Positions 1 through 9,111 of a stretch of 64,000 bases of DNA are shown here, in pieces. The DNA lies in the NCBI RefSeq assembly GCF_003668955.1, contig NZ_RAWO01000002.1, positions 471,605-535,604 of the forward strand, given 5' to 3'. A model generated the notes under the pieces. That model was not told where the DNA came from, did no database searches, and saw only the letters and a program-made list of their open reading frames with translations. The position numbers and the translations under genes are program-made. The first letter of the stretch is position 1. Every line of letters begins with the position of its first letter. Origin of the DNA: Corallococcus sp. AB038B (GTDB lineage Bacteria; Myxococcota; Myxococcia; Myxococcales; Myxococcaceae).

Positions 1-752
1 CCCTGCAATTGCAGACGCACCTGCTTGCCGCACCCGTGCGCCAGCTCGCGCACCAGCCGGGGGAAGCGGTTCCACACCTGGCCCACCGGCTGGAGCCGCG
101 TCTTCATCACCACCTGCTGCACCTGGGTGGTGACGACGTCCAACCGCTGCGACGCCGTGACCAGCTCCGCGCCCGGCGTGGGCGAGGCCGCGCATTGGAG
201 GATGCGGTTTCGGGCCAGCACCAGCTCGCCCATCAGGTTCATCAACCGGTCCAACAGCGCCACGTCCACGCGCAGCTTGGAGTCCACCCCGGTCGCGGCG
301 CCGCGCCAGGGCACGGCGCCCGGAGGCGTCAGGGGCTCGGACACCTCCAGCGGCGCGGAGCCCGCCGCCGCGCCCGCCATGCGAGCGAGCAGCGCGGAGT
401 GGTCCACCGCGGGCTCCAGCCCTGTCGCCTCGATGTGCTCCAGCGTCCCGCGCGCCGCGTCCGCCGCCGCCAGCAGCGTGGACACGCGCTCGCGGTCCAG
501 CACCAGGCGCCGGTCGCGCGCCAGGCCGAGCATCTCCTCGGCGGCGTGCATCAGCGCTTCCAGGCGGCTGAAGCCCAGGAAGCCGCAGGTGCCCTTCACG
601 GTGTGCAGGGCCCGGAACAGCTGCGCCAGCAACGGCTGCGAGCCCGGCCGCGCCTCCAGCTCCAGCACCGTCGCCTCGATGCTCTGCACGTGCTCGCGGG
701 ACTCGAGGAGGAACTCCCGCATCACGTCGTCCCAGCCCGGAGTGTCACCCAC
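1..752 (-). CDS. CheA-type chemotaxis histidine kinase, 5' part only (N-terminal ~250 aa; gene runs off window start)
   Basis: Reverse-strand translation from GTG 752 (alt ATG 722) is open to position 1. It contains an Hpt/P1 motif FRALHTVKGTCGFLGF, a P3 dimerisation-like segment SKLRVDVALLDRLMNLMGELVLARNRI, and the beginning of the ATPase domain (GKQVRLQLQG). It is absent from the ORF track because no stop lies in the window. Confidence 0.7.
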   Translation of the reverse strand, partial: MGDTPGWDDVMREFLLESREHVQSIEATVLELEARPGSQPLLAQLFRALHTVKGTCGFLGFSRLEALMHAAEEMLGLARDRRLVLDRERVSTLLAAADAARGTLEHIEATGLEPAVDHSALLARMAGAAAGSAPLEVSEPLTPPGAVPWRGAATGVDSKLRVDVALLDRLMNLMGELVLARNRILQCAASPTPGAELVTASQRLDVVTTQVQQVVMKTRLQPVGQVWNRFPRLVRELAHGCGKQVRLQLQ

Positions 753-927
753 GGACAGGACGCTCCCGGACGGAAGTCCACATAGACTGTATGTGTTTGA
801 TGAGACGGATTTGTCTGGCGCTGCCCATGGGCAACGGCCCCCCCGACCCACAAGACTCCGGAGTCGAAGGACCAGCATCCCCCAAAGTCAACGGCGTGAA
901 AGCTGTCCCAGAGGGAAGGCGCCCTGA

Positions 928-1872
928 TCAGAAGAACAGGCGGAGCAGGTCGTATCGCGTCTCCGCGCCCAGCTTCCGGAGCAGGTTGGCCTGGTGGAAT
1001 TTCACAGTGCGCTCGGTAATCCCTAACACGGTCGAGATGTCGGTGGGCGAGCGGCCGAGCGCGAGATAACGCAACACATCGCCTTCCCGCTCGGACAGCC
1101 GCGCGGCGTTCGCCATGCGCCGCACCTTCGCCTCGAAGAGACCGCTGAGTGTTTCATCACCGATGGTGTGGACGCTGACGCGCGCGGTGCCAGCGCTCGT
1201 GGGCGTGGCGGTGATGACCTCATAGCCCTCCGCGTGCTCGGAGGCCTGCCGCACGATGGTGTGTGGCCAGGAGGAGGGCGCCGCCATCGTCAGCGGGCAG
1301 TCCAGGCAGGGCGCGTCGCGGTGCGCGAAGGCGCCGAAGCACGGCCGGCCCACCAGCTCCTCCTGCCGCGCCTCCCCGGACGTCCACACCGCCTTGAGCG
1401 TCCCGAATGACGACAGCTCGGTGGAGATTTCGTAGCTCAGGTCCCGGCGAGGCCCGTGGTCCCGGGCCGGCTCCGGGACGAAGGTGCGCTCGGGGACGAA
1501 GAGGGGCGGAGCGGTGCGCGTGACGATGGCCACCAGCCGCAGGGGAGGGCGGCCCACGGCGGCCACGTCCAGCTCCACCGGCAGCCGCTCGCCGTCGCGC
1601 GTGAGCACCTCTGTCTCCATCCGCGTCTCGGCGCTGGTGAAGATGGCCCGCAGCGCTTGTCCCACCTCGCGTCCGTGCTCGCTCGGCGTGCAGACATCCG
1701 TCCAGCGGCGCCCCAACAACTCCTCGCGGGGCCGGCCCAGCAGCGACGTGAACGCGCCGTTCGCCAGCTCGATGCGGCCGCGCCGGTCCATCACGACGAT
1801 GGGGCGTGTGTCCCGCTCCGCGAGCAGCGATGCGGTCAACGACCAGTCCATGAGGCCCCCCGGCCGTTGCAA
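928..1872 (-). CDS. PAS-domain / LuxR-family HTH transcriptional regulator
   Basis: 314 aa ORF. C-terminus LSEREGDVLRYLALGRSPTDISTVLGITERTVKFHQANLLRKLGA is a typical LuxR/FixJ HTH. N-terminal region is PAS-like (VVMDRRGRIELANGAFTSLLGRPREELLGRRW). Confidence 0.8.
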   Translation of the reverse strand: MQRPGGLMDWSLTASLLAERDTRPIVVMDRRGRIELANGAFTSLLGRPREELLGRRWTDVCTPSEHGREVGQALRAIFTSAETRMETEVLTRDGERLPVELDVAAVGRPPLRLVAIVTRTAPPLFVPERTFVPEPARDHGPRRDLSYEISTELSSFGTLKAVWTSGEARQEELVGRPCFGAFAHRDAPCLDCPLTMAAPSSWPHTIVRQASEHAEGYEVITATPTSAGTARVSVHTIGDETLSGLFEAKVRRMANAARLSEREGDVLRYLALGRSPTDISTVLGITERTVKFHQANLLRKLGAETRYDLLRLFF

Positions 1873-1948
1873 TCCTGTCCAAGCTTTACAGTGTTAATGC
1901 TGAATTGCTTGGTTTGGATATCTTACAGCGAGGCGACTGCGTTTGCAT

Positions 1949-1964
1949 TTGGACGAACGTCCAA
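1949..1964. promoter_or_regulatory. Perfect inverted repeat TTGGACG-AA-CGTCCAA in divergent intergenic region (candidate operator)
   Basis: Read directly from sequence. 7-bp arms with a 2-bp spacer, in a relatively AT-richer 264-bp region between the divergently oriented PAS-LuxR regulator (start 1872) and the DUF72 gene (start 2137). Confidence 0.4.
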
Positions 1965-2136
1965 TCACATACCGTCGTGCCTGGAGGAGACTGTCCGTGC
2001 GTGCCCGTTTGCCTGGGGGGCGTGCCGGAAACCTGGAACGTCCCCCTGAATCGAGGCAACCTGCTGCATCGCCTGGGCCTGGGGATTACTCCCTGGGTTT
2101 CCCCGCCGTCCCCAACGAGGGAGAGGAGCTGCACGC

Positions 2137-3195
2137 ATGAGCGCACCGCAACGACCCGCGCAGTTCGACCTCTTCACGGGCGCGGTGGAGGAGCCACCCG
2201 CGTCGCCGCGGCGCAGGACCCAGCCGGTGGGACCCGCCGAGCCGTCCGACGGCCTGCGCATGTTGGGCGAGCAGCTCCCGCGCGGCGTCTACCTGGGCAC
2301 GTCGTCATGGACCTTCCCGGGTTGGAACGGGCTCGTCTACGACCATGAGGCCAGCACGACCCAGCTGGCGCGCGAGGGCCTGTCTGCCTACGCGCACCAC
2401 CCGGTGCTGCGCACGGTCGGCATCGACCGGACGTTCTACGCACCGGTGCCGGCCGCGACCTTCGCTGAGTACGCGCAGCAGGTGCCGGACGGCTTCCGCT
2501 TCCTGGTGAAGGCCCACGAGGCCTGCACGTTGGCGCGCTTCCCCGTGCACGAGCGCTACGGCGCGCACCGGGGGCAGGTGAACGAGCGCTTCCTCCAGGC
2601 GGCCTACGCCGTGGACCACGTGGTGGCGCCGTTCCTGGAGGGGCTGGGCGACAAGGCCGGGCCGCTCGTCTTCCAGTTCCCGCCGCAGGACCCCGCGGCG
2701 CTGGGGGGCGCGGGCCGCTTCGTGGAGCGGCTGCACGCGTTCTTCTCCGCGCTGCCCCGGGGACCGCTGTACGCGGTGGAGGTGCGCAACGAGGAGCTGC
2801 TCACGGAGGGCTTCGCGCAGGCGCTCGCGGACACGGGCGTGAGCCCGGTGCTCGCGGTGTGGGCCCACATGCCGCCCGTCGCGCGGCAGGCGAAGCTCAC
2901 GCGCGCGTTCGAGGCCCGCGCCGTGGTGGTGCGATGGATGCTGCCGCCGAACCTCGGCTACGAGGAGGCCTATGCCCGCTATGCGCCCTTCAACCAGCTG
3001 GTGGACGAGGACGTGGGCACCCGCGACGTGCTGGCCCGTGTGTGCATGGCGGCGGTGCGACGCGAACGTCCCGTCTTCGTGACGATCAACAACAAGGCGG
3101 AAGGGAGCGCCCCGCTGTCCGCCGTACGGCTCGCGGAACGCGTCGTGTCACACAAGGAGGAGGGCGGCCAGAGAGGCGCCGTTCACGCAACATGA
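2137..3195 (+). CDS. DUF72 (YecE-like) family protein
   Basis: 352 aa with the DUF72 N-terminal signature LGTSSWTFPGW and the usual length. Codon usage is typical of the genome (high GC3). Confidence 0.8.
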   Translation: MSAPQRPAQFDLFTGAVEEPPASPRRRTQPVGPAEPSDGLRMLGEQLPRGVYLGTSSWTFPGWNGLVYDHEASTTQLAREGLSAYAHHPVLRTVGIDRTFYAPVPAATFAEYAQQVPDGFRFLVKAHEACTLARFPVHERYGAHRGQVNERFLQAAYAVDHVVAPFLEGLGDKAGPLVFQFPPQDPAALGGAGRFVERLHAFFSALPRGPLYAVEVRNEELLTEGFAQALADTGVSPVLAVWAHMPPVARQAKLTRAFEARAVVVRWMLPPNLGYEEAYARYAPFNQLVDEDVGTRDVLARVCMAAVRRERPVFVTINNKAEGSAPLSAVRLAERVVSHKEEGGQRGAVHAT

Positions 3196-3227
3196 CTTGC
3201 GCGCGAGCACGGCGCTTGCTTACGTGA

Positions 3228-3545
3228 ATGCTCATGATGGTGATGACCCTGGCCGCGCTGTTGATGCAGATGACCGCCTCCGGTGGAGCCGGCTCGGAGG
3301 GCAAGCGTGCGGGCAACCATCACGACCCGGCTGGCGAAAGCCACCCGCGAGCGGTGAAGGAAGACATCTCCTCGCTCAAGGGGGAGATCACCAGCCTCAA
3401 GGAAGAGTTCCGGCTGGCGCGCGAGCGTCAGCGCCTGGCGGCCGAGGAGAAGAAGCGCCAGGAGGAGGCACGCTACGGTGTCACGCCGAAAGCCACTCCC
3501 GCCCCTGCCGCCGGAGGGTCCGGAGCCTCCGCCCACACCCGATGA
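3228..3545 (+). CDS. Small hypothetical secreted protein with coiled-coil segment (uncertain)
   Basis: 105 aa ORF with a signal-peptide-like N-terminus (MLMMVMTLAALLMQMTASGGAG) and a charged heptad-like stretch ISSLKGEITSLKEEFRLARERQRLAAEEKKRQEE. Its 3' end overlaps the Smr ORF by 68 nt in another frame, so it may be spurious or part of a frameshifted gene. Confidence 0.3.
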   Translation: MLMMVMTLAALLMQMTASGGAGSEGKRAGNHHDPAGESHPRAVKEDISSLKGEITSLKEEFRLARERQRLAAEEKKRQEEARYGVTPKATPAPAAGGSGASAHTR

Positions 3546-3828
3546 GCTGGGAGGCGAGCTGGGAGCGGTAGAAATTCCGGTCGATGGAAACCTCGACCTG
3601 CATCTCTTCCAGCCTCGCGACGTGAAGGACCTCGTCACCGAGTACCTCTGGGCCTGCCGCCAGAAGGGCGTGCTCGACGTGCGCATCATCCACGGCAAGG
3701 GCACGGGCGCGCTGAGGCGCACCGTGCAGTCCCTGCTGCCCACGCTGCCGGAAGTGGAAGGCTTCCAGTCAGCCTCCGAAGCGGACGGAGGCTGGGGCGC
3801 GACGTGGGTGCGACTCAAGCCCCTGTGA
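3478..3828 (+). CDS. Smr (small MutS-related) domain protein
   Basis: LDLHLFQPRDVKDLVTEYL ... VRIIHGKGTGALRRTVQSLL matches the Smr domain pattern (LDLHG ... IIHGKG.G.LR). GTG start at 3478. Confidence 0.7.
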   Translation: MSRRKPLPPLPPEGPEPPPTPDELGGELGAVEIPVDGNLDLHLFQPRDVKDLVTEYLWACRQKGVLDVRIIHGKGTGALRRTVQSLLPTLPEVEGFQSASEADGGWGATWVRLKPL

Positions 3829-3834
3829 CGGGGC

Positions 3835-6741
3835 TCAGGACAGCCAGAAGTACGCGGACGCGATGAGGGTGCGCTTCTCCGTCACGCGCGCCTTGTTGGC
3901 CAGCTCCGCCATCTGCCGGTCCTTGGAGGCGTAGCGCTTCTCCTCCTCGTTGCGCAGCGACGCCAGCTTGCGGCGGTAGTCGCGCTCCTGCCGGTCCGAG
4001 TGCGCCCGGGCCTTCGCGCGCTCCGCGACGTCCTCGATACCGGAGACTTCCTTGCGCGCGTCGAACCATGCCTGACGGGCGGACTCCACCACCTCGCGGG
4101 ACTCCATCAGGCAGTCCTCGACGTAACGGTCCGCGCGCTCCTTGGCCTTGTCCAGCTCCAACGCGTTGCGCCGTTCCGCGGCCCGAATCAGCTCATCCTT
4201 GGCGGTCATGAGCGACTGCTCTTGCATGAGCTGGACCGACACCGGCGCGGGCTGACGGCGCTTCTCTTCCTTGGCGTCGAGCTTCGTGAAGTGGACGCCG
4301 TCCGTCAGCGGCAGGGCGCGGAAGCCGCCGTCCCGGTCCTTCACCAGCACCAGGTGGACCAGCTTCTCCTCCGGCTTGAGGCCCGTCGTCTCGAACTTGT
4401 AGACGAACCACCAGCCCTCGCTGCCGGCCAGTCGCGCCAGCCGTGAGGGCAGGCCCGCCGCGTCCAGCTGCAGGTAGCTGACGGTGTCCTGGGTGCGGTC
4501 GCGCACCGCGTAGGCGGCCTTGGCCACCTGGAGCCGTCCGGAGGTGCGGCTGCCCAGCACGGAGCCGGTGAGCGCCCTTGCCTCCTGCTGGCGCTTGGCC
4601 ACGACCTCCTTGGCCGCGTCTCCCGCCACGCGCAGCCGGCGGCGCACGTCGCCGTCGAAGCGCTCCAGCACCACCGAGCGCATCGACGTCATGCGCTGGT
4701 TGATGGTGCCCTCCAGCTCCTCGCGCAGCTTGTCGAAGGCGACGTTGATGTCCTTCGGGTCGCGGCAGGACTGGTAGATGTCCAGCACGCGCCGCTCGAA
4801 GTCGACGCCGCTCTCCAGCGCGCCCAGGATTTCGTCGGACGCGCCGAACACGCCGTCGAAGAGGTTGAGCTTCTTCTCCAACAGCTCGAACAGGCGCGCG
4901 TCCGCCGCGTTCTGCCGGTTGAGGAAGTTCACCACCAGCACGTCGCGCTGCTGGCCGTAGCGGTGGCATCGGCCGATGCGCTGCTCCACGCGCTGCGGGT
5001 TCCACGGCAAATCGTAGTTCACCACCAGGTTGCAGAACTGGAGGTTGAGGCCTTCGGCACCGGCCTCCGTGCAGATGAGGATCTGCGACTTGTGGCGGAA
5101 CTCCTCCACCAGCGCCCGGCGCTCCTCGGGCGTGCCGCCAGCGTCGCCGGACAGGAGCGAAATCTTGTCCTTGTAGCCGTGGTCCGACAGCAGCCTGAAG
5201 AGGTACTGCTGCGTGCGCTTGGACTCCGTGAAGATGAGCGCCTTCTCCGGCCAGGAGTGCGTGCGCATCACCGCGAACGTGCGGTCCAGGGCGCGCTTGA
5301 GTGCCTCACCCTTGGCGTTGATGCGGATGGAGTCCGCGAGGTCCGCGTACTGACGCAGCTCCCAGACCTCCTGTTCCAGCGTGCGGACCTGGGGCGCCTT
5401 GGCGGGGTCGTCGGACCACTCCTCGCCTTCCTCCACGAACTGCTTGGCCTCTTCCGGCTCGAAGAGCGACAGGGCCTGCTGTCCCAGCCGCGCGGCCGAC
5501 AGGCGCTTCTCCAGGTTCTCCGACAGCCGCCGCAGCGTGGGCGCGATGGCGAACGTGGAGGAGGCCAGCAGCTTGCGGTAGCACAGCGTCAGGAGCGTCT
5601 TCTTGCCCGGCTCGATGGCCGCGGCCTCCGAGCGCTGCAGGTACTCACTGACCTTCTCGTAGAGGTCGTGCTCCTCGGGGGAGGGGAGGAAGTCCTCCAC
5701 GATGCTGCGGCGGTTGGTGTAGCGGACGTATTCGCGCACCTGACGGCGCAGCGTGCGTTGCACCACCGGGGCCAGCCGCTCCTTGAGCTCGCACGCGGCA
5801 GCCTCCGTCATGCCGCCGCCCTCGTCGGCGCGGTAGCGGCTGCGGAAGGCGTGCTCGGGGCCCAGAATCTGCTCGTCCAGCAGCGACATCAGGCCGAACA
5901 GCTCCATCAGGTCGTTCTGGAGCGGGGTGGCGGTGAGCAGCAGCTTGGGGCGGCCCGCGAGCGACGCGCGCAGCGCCTGGCCCGTCTTGTTGTTGGGCCG
6001 GTGCGCGTTCCGGAGCCGGTGGGCCTCATCGATGATGATCAGGTCCCACGGAATCTCTGACACGAGCGCGGAGCGGTTCGCCGCGAACGGGTGCGAGCAG
6101 ATGACGGGGAAGGGCTGATCGAAGCAGTTGTTGTGCTTCTTCACGTCGCGGCCGTCGACGAGGACGCTGTCCAGGTCGAACTTCTCGCGCAATTCAGCGT
6201 TCCACTGCGCACGCAGCACGGCGGGGGCGAGGATGAGGATGCGGTTCTTTCCCTCCGCCATGAGCTGGGCGATGACGAGGCCCGCCTCGATGGTCTTCCC
6301 CAGGCCCACCTCGTCCGCGAGCATGCAGCCGCCGCGCGACAGCGCGTCCAGCGCGAACATCGCCGCTTCGACCTGATGCGGGTTGAGGTCCACCTTCGCT
6401 TCGGCCAGCGCGTTCGCCAGCCGCTGCTGCGTGTCACCGCTGCGCGCGAGCAACTCCTCGGCGAGGAGCCGCTCGTGGAAGGGCGTCAGCCCCGCCTCCA
6501 CCAGCTCCTCCGCGGCACGGGCCGCGATGGCCGCGGCGTCTGCTTCCACTTCCAGCTTCAAACCCCTCGCGACCTCCGCCAAGTCCCGCCTCCCGTCCGG
6601 TTTGGAGCGTGCGCGCGTGCGCGCGAACAGTTGAGGCGCGCCATTGTGGGCAGCGATCGCCATCTGTAAAGGGGGTCGTCCCCGAGGCCGAAAACTCGGC
6701 CTCCGCGCGATTGGCAAGCGTGGTGTTCGGCGGAGTGACAC
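3835..6741 (-). CDS. SNF2-family helicase, RapA/HepA-like (968 aa)
   Basis: SNF2 N-domain motif MLADEVGLGKTIEAGLVIAQL, DEAH box IIIDEAHRLRN, and a helicase C domain (LICTEAGAEGLNLQFCNLVVNYDLPWNPQRVEQRIGRCHRYGQ). Followed by a ~370-aa C-terminal region of unknown function. Confidence 0.85.
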   Translation of the reverse strand: MSLRRTPRLPIARRPSFRPRGRPPLQMAIAAHNGAPQLFARTRARSKPDGRRDLAEVARGLKLEVEADAAAIAARAAEELVEAGLTPFHERLLAEELLARSGDTQQRLANALAEAKVDLNPHQVEAAMFALDALSRGGCMLADEVGLGKTIEAGLVIAQLMAEGKNRILILAPAVLRAQWNAELREKFDLDSVLVDGRDVKKHNNCFDQPFPVICSHPFAANRSALVSEIPWDLIIIDEAHRLRNAHRPNNKTGQALRASLAGRPKLLLTATPLQNDLMELFGLMSLLDEQILGPEHAFRSRYRADEGGGMTEAAACELKERLAPVVQRTLRRQVREYVRYTNRRSIVEDFLPSPEEHDLYEKVSEYLQRSEAAAIEPGKKTLLTLCYRKLLASSTFAIAPTLRRLSENLEKRLSAARLGQQALSLFEPEEAKQFVEEGEEWSDDPAKAPQVRTLEQEVWELRQYADLADSIRINAKGEALKRALDRTFAVMRTHSWPEKALIFTESKRTQQYLFRLLSDHGYKDKISLLSGDAGGTPEERRALVEEFRHKSQILICTEAGAEGLNLQFCNLVVNYDLPWNPQRVEQRIGRCHRYGQQRDVLVVNFLNRQNAADARLFELLEKKLNLFDGVFGASDEILGALESGVDFERRVLDIYQSCRDPKDINVAFDKLREELEGTINQRMTSMRSVVLERFDGDVRRRLRVAGDAAKEVVAKRQQEARALTGSVLGSRTSGRLQVAKAAYAVRDRTQDTVSYLQLDAAGLPSRLARLAGSEGWWFVYKFETTGLKPEEKLVHLVLVKDRDGGFRALPLTDGVHFTKLDAKEEKRRQPAPVSVQLMQEQSLMTAKDELIRAAERRNALELDKAKERADRYVEDCLMESREVVESARQAWFDARKEVSGIEDVAERAKARAHSDRQERDYRRKLASLRNEEEKRYASKDRQMAELANKARVTEKRTLIASAYFWLS

Positions 6742-6797
6742 ATGCGCGCGCGAGCGTTGGAATGTCTCAAAGGGCTTGACGAACGCGTCGTGAGCGC

Positions 6798-8123
6798 TCA
6801 GAGCCGCCCGCGCGCCTTCACGTCCAGGTACACGTTGAGTGCAGCGGCGCCGAATCCGCGTGCCGGAGCGCGCACCACCAGCGCCCCCGCGTCACGCAGC
6901 GTGGTGGCGGTGCGGCGGTACTCGGACTCCATGCGGGAGGCGGCCTGCCGCGCGTAGGCGGACGTCGCGTCGCCGGGAACGTCGGTGGCGGCGGCCTCCA
7001 GGTCCTCGTCCAGCAGTGACGCGACGACGGGCAGGTGCCGGGGGCGCAGGGCCAGCGTGCGCGTGAGGAGCGCGGAGGACGCGTCCGGATCCACCAAGTC
7101 GGTGAAGAGCACCACCAGCGCGCGGCGCGTCTGGCGGGCGAAGGCGAAGTCGAACGCGCGGCCGTAGTCGCTCTCCTCCAGGCCGGCCTCCGCGCGGTAG
7201 AGGGACTCGGTGATGAGGCGCAGGTGCTCCGCGCCCTTGCGCGGGGGCAGGAAGGTGCGCACGTCGCTGGCGAACGCGAGCACGCCCACCACGTCCCCCG
7301 CGTCCAGGCTCACGCGCGCCAGCCGCAGCGCCGCGTCCACCGCGTGATCCAGTTTCCGGCGCCCCTGCACCCGGCCCGCCATGTGACGGCCGCAGTCCAG
7401 GAGAAGCAGCACCGGCTGGTTGCGCTCCGGCTGCCACGTGCGCACCAGCGTGTGGCCGTGACGCGCGGAGGACTTCCAGTCGATGTGCCGGTAGTCGTCG
7501 CCGGGGCGGTACTCGCGCAGCGATTCGAACTCGCGGCCCTCCACGGATTTGCGAAGGAGCGTGCGCGCGGACACGGCCTCCGACGCGCGCGCCAGCGTCA
7601 GCGCTTCGCGAGAGAGGGCGCGGAGGTCCGGATACACCTTCACGTCCTGGCCCGCGGGCAGCCGCACCTGCCGTGAGCACAGGCCCAGGGGCCCCATCAG
7701 GCGCAGGTTCACGTCGCCGAAGCGCGCATCGCCCCGGGAGGGAGGGTGCACGCGGTACGTCAGCCGCGTGGCGTCTTTCGGCTCCAGCGTGAAGGGCTGC
7801 CGGTGGCCGTGGCTCTCCACGTCCAGGGGCGGCTCGTCGCGAAGCTCGCCACGCACGGGCCTGTCCGTGCGCGAACGCAGCTCCCAGCGCACGGTGTTGT
7901 CCACGCCGGAGGAGAGGATGGGCTCCACCTCGCGGCGCGCGTCGACGTCACGGGCATGCGGCGCGCGCAGGAAGTCCACCGCGCACAGGAGCAGGACGGC
8001 CACGTCCATCGCGAGCGCCAGCCATCCGAAGGCGGGGCTCGCCACCGCGAGCGCGGCGGGCACCAGCGCTCCGGCGAACAGCGCCACGGCGAGGCCGCTG
8101 GGGACGGGACGCCCGAGGCTCAC
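6798..8123 (-). CDS. DUF58 family protein (vWA-like partner of MoxR), N-terminal TM helices
   Basis: DUF58 core REYRPGDDYRHIDWKSSARHGHTLVRTWQPERNQPVLLLLDCGRHMAG. Start overlaps the stop of upstream moxR (ATGA at 8120-8123). Confidence 0.8.
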   Translation of the reverse strand: MSLGRPVPSGLAVALFAGALVPAALAVASPAFGWLALAMDVAVLLLCAVDFLRAPHARDVDARREVEPILSSGVDNTVRWELRSRTDRPVRGELRDEPPLDVESHGHRQPFTLEPKDATRLTYRVHPPSRGDARFGDVNLRLMGPLGLCSRQVRLPAGQDVKVYPDLRALSREALTLARASEAVSARTLLRKSVEGREFESLREYRPGDDYRHIDWKSSARHGHTLVRTWQPERNQPVLLLLDCGRHMAGRVQGRRKLDHAVDAALRLARVSLDAGDVVGVLAFASDVRTFLPPRKGAEHLRLITESLYRAEAGLEESDYGRAFDFAFARQTRRALVVLFTDLVDPDASSALLTRTLALRPRHLPVVASLLDEDLEAAATDVPGDATSAYARQAASRMESEYRRTATTLRDAGALVVRAPARGFGAAALNVYLDVKARGRL

Positions 8124-9055
8124 CGGGGCACTCGCACCCGTTCGAGCATCTGCTTCAGCACGTCGTCCGCGGTGACGCCCTCCACCTCCGCCTCGGCCTT
8201 GAGCAGGAGGCGGTGGTTGAGGACGCTGGGCGTGACGGACTTCACGTCATCAGGCGTGACGAAGTCGGTGCCCCGGAGCGCCGCGTGCGCCTTGGACGCC
8301 GCGAGCAGGGCCTGCGCGGCGCGGGGGCTCGCGCCCAGTCGCACGCGGGGATGGGCGCGGGTGTCGCGCACGAGCTGCACCACGTACTGGAGGATGGAGT
8401 CGTCACACGCGACGCGCGCGGCGCGGTCCTGCAGTTCCGTCAGCGTGGCAGCGTCCAGCACGCGGGACACGACGGGCGGCCGGCCCTCGCGCTGGTGGAA
8501 GGCGCGCAGGAGCGACGTTTCGGCGTCGCCGTCCGGGTAGCCCACGCGCACGCGCATGAGGAAGCGATCCAGCTGCGCCTCGGGGAGGGGATAGGTGCCC
8601 TCCAGCTCCAGCGGGTTCTGCGTGGCGACGACGAAGAAGTGTGGCGGCAGCGCGTGGGTGACGCCGTCGATGGTGACCTGCCGCTCCTCCATGGCCTCCA
8701 GGAGCGCCGCCTGCGTCTTGGGCGGCGTGCGGTTGATTTCATCCGCGACCAGGACCTCCGTGAAGACGGGGCCCTTCATCAGGCGGAAGGTCTGCTCCTG
8801 CGGCTGGAAGACGTTGGTGCCCAGGATGTCCGCGGGCATCAGGTCCGGGGTGAACTGCACGCGGGAGAAGGACAGGCCCAGCGCCCCCGCCATGCTGCGC
8901 GCGGTGAGCGTCTTGGCGACCCCGGGCACGCCCTCCAGCAGCACGTGGCCGCGCGCGAGGAAGGCCGTCACCAGGTCGGCCAGCACGCGGGGCTGGCCCA
9001 CGACGGCCGAGCCCAGCGCGTCGAGGAGGCGGGAGAGGGGCGTGGCGTCGGACAT
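8120..9055 (-). CDS. MoxR-family AAA+ ATPase
   Basis: Walker A LLEGVPGVAKTLTARSMA, typical MoxR length (311 aa), and a 4-nt overlap with the downstream DUF58 gene. Confidence 0.9.
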   Translation of the reverse strand: MSDATPLSRLLDALGSAVVGQPRVLADLVTAFLARGHVLLEGVPGVAKTLTARSMAGALGLSFSRVQFTPDLMPADILGTNVFQPQEQTFRLMKGPVFTEVLVADEINRTPPKTQAALLEAMEERQVTIDGVTHALPPHFFVVATQNPLELEGTYPLPEAQLDRFLMRVRVGYPDGDAETSLLRAFHQREGRPPVVSRVLDAATLTELQDRAARVACDDSILQYVVQLVRDTRAHPRVRLGASPRAAQALLAASKAHAALRGTDFVTPDDVKSVTPSVLNHRLLLKAEAEVEGVTADDVLKQMLERVRVPR

Positions 9056-9111
9056 GGTGGCGGGCGACGGTAGCCCGCCTCATGTCCGGCGCGGCAGCGA
9101 AATCCTCGGGC

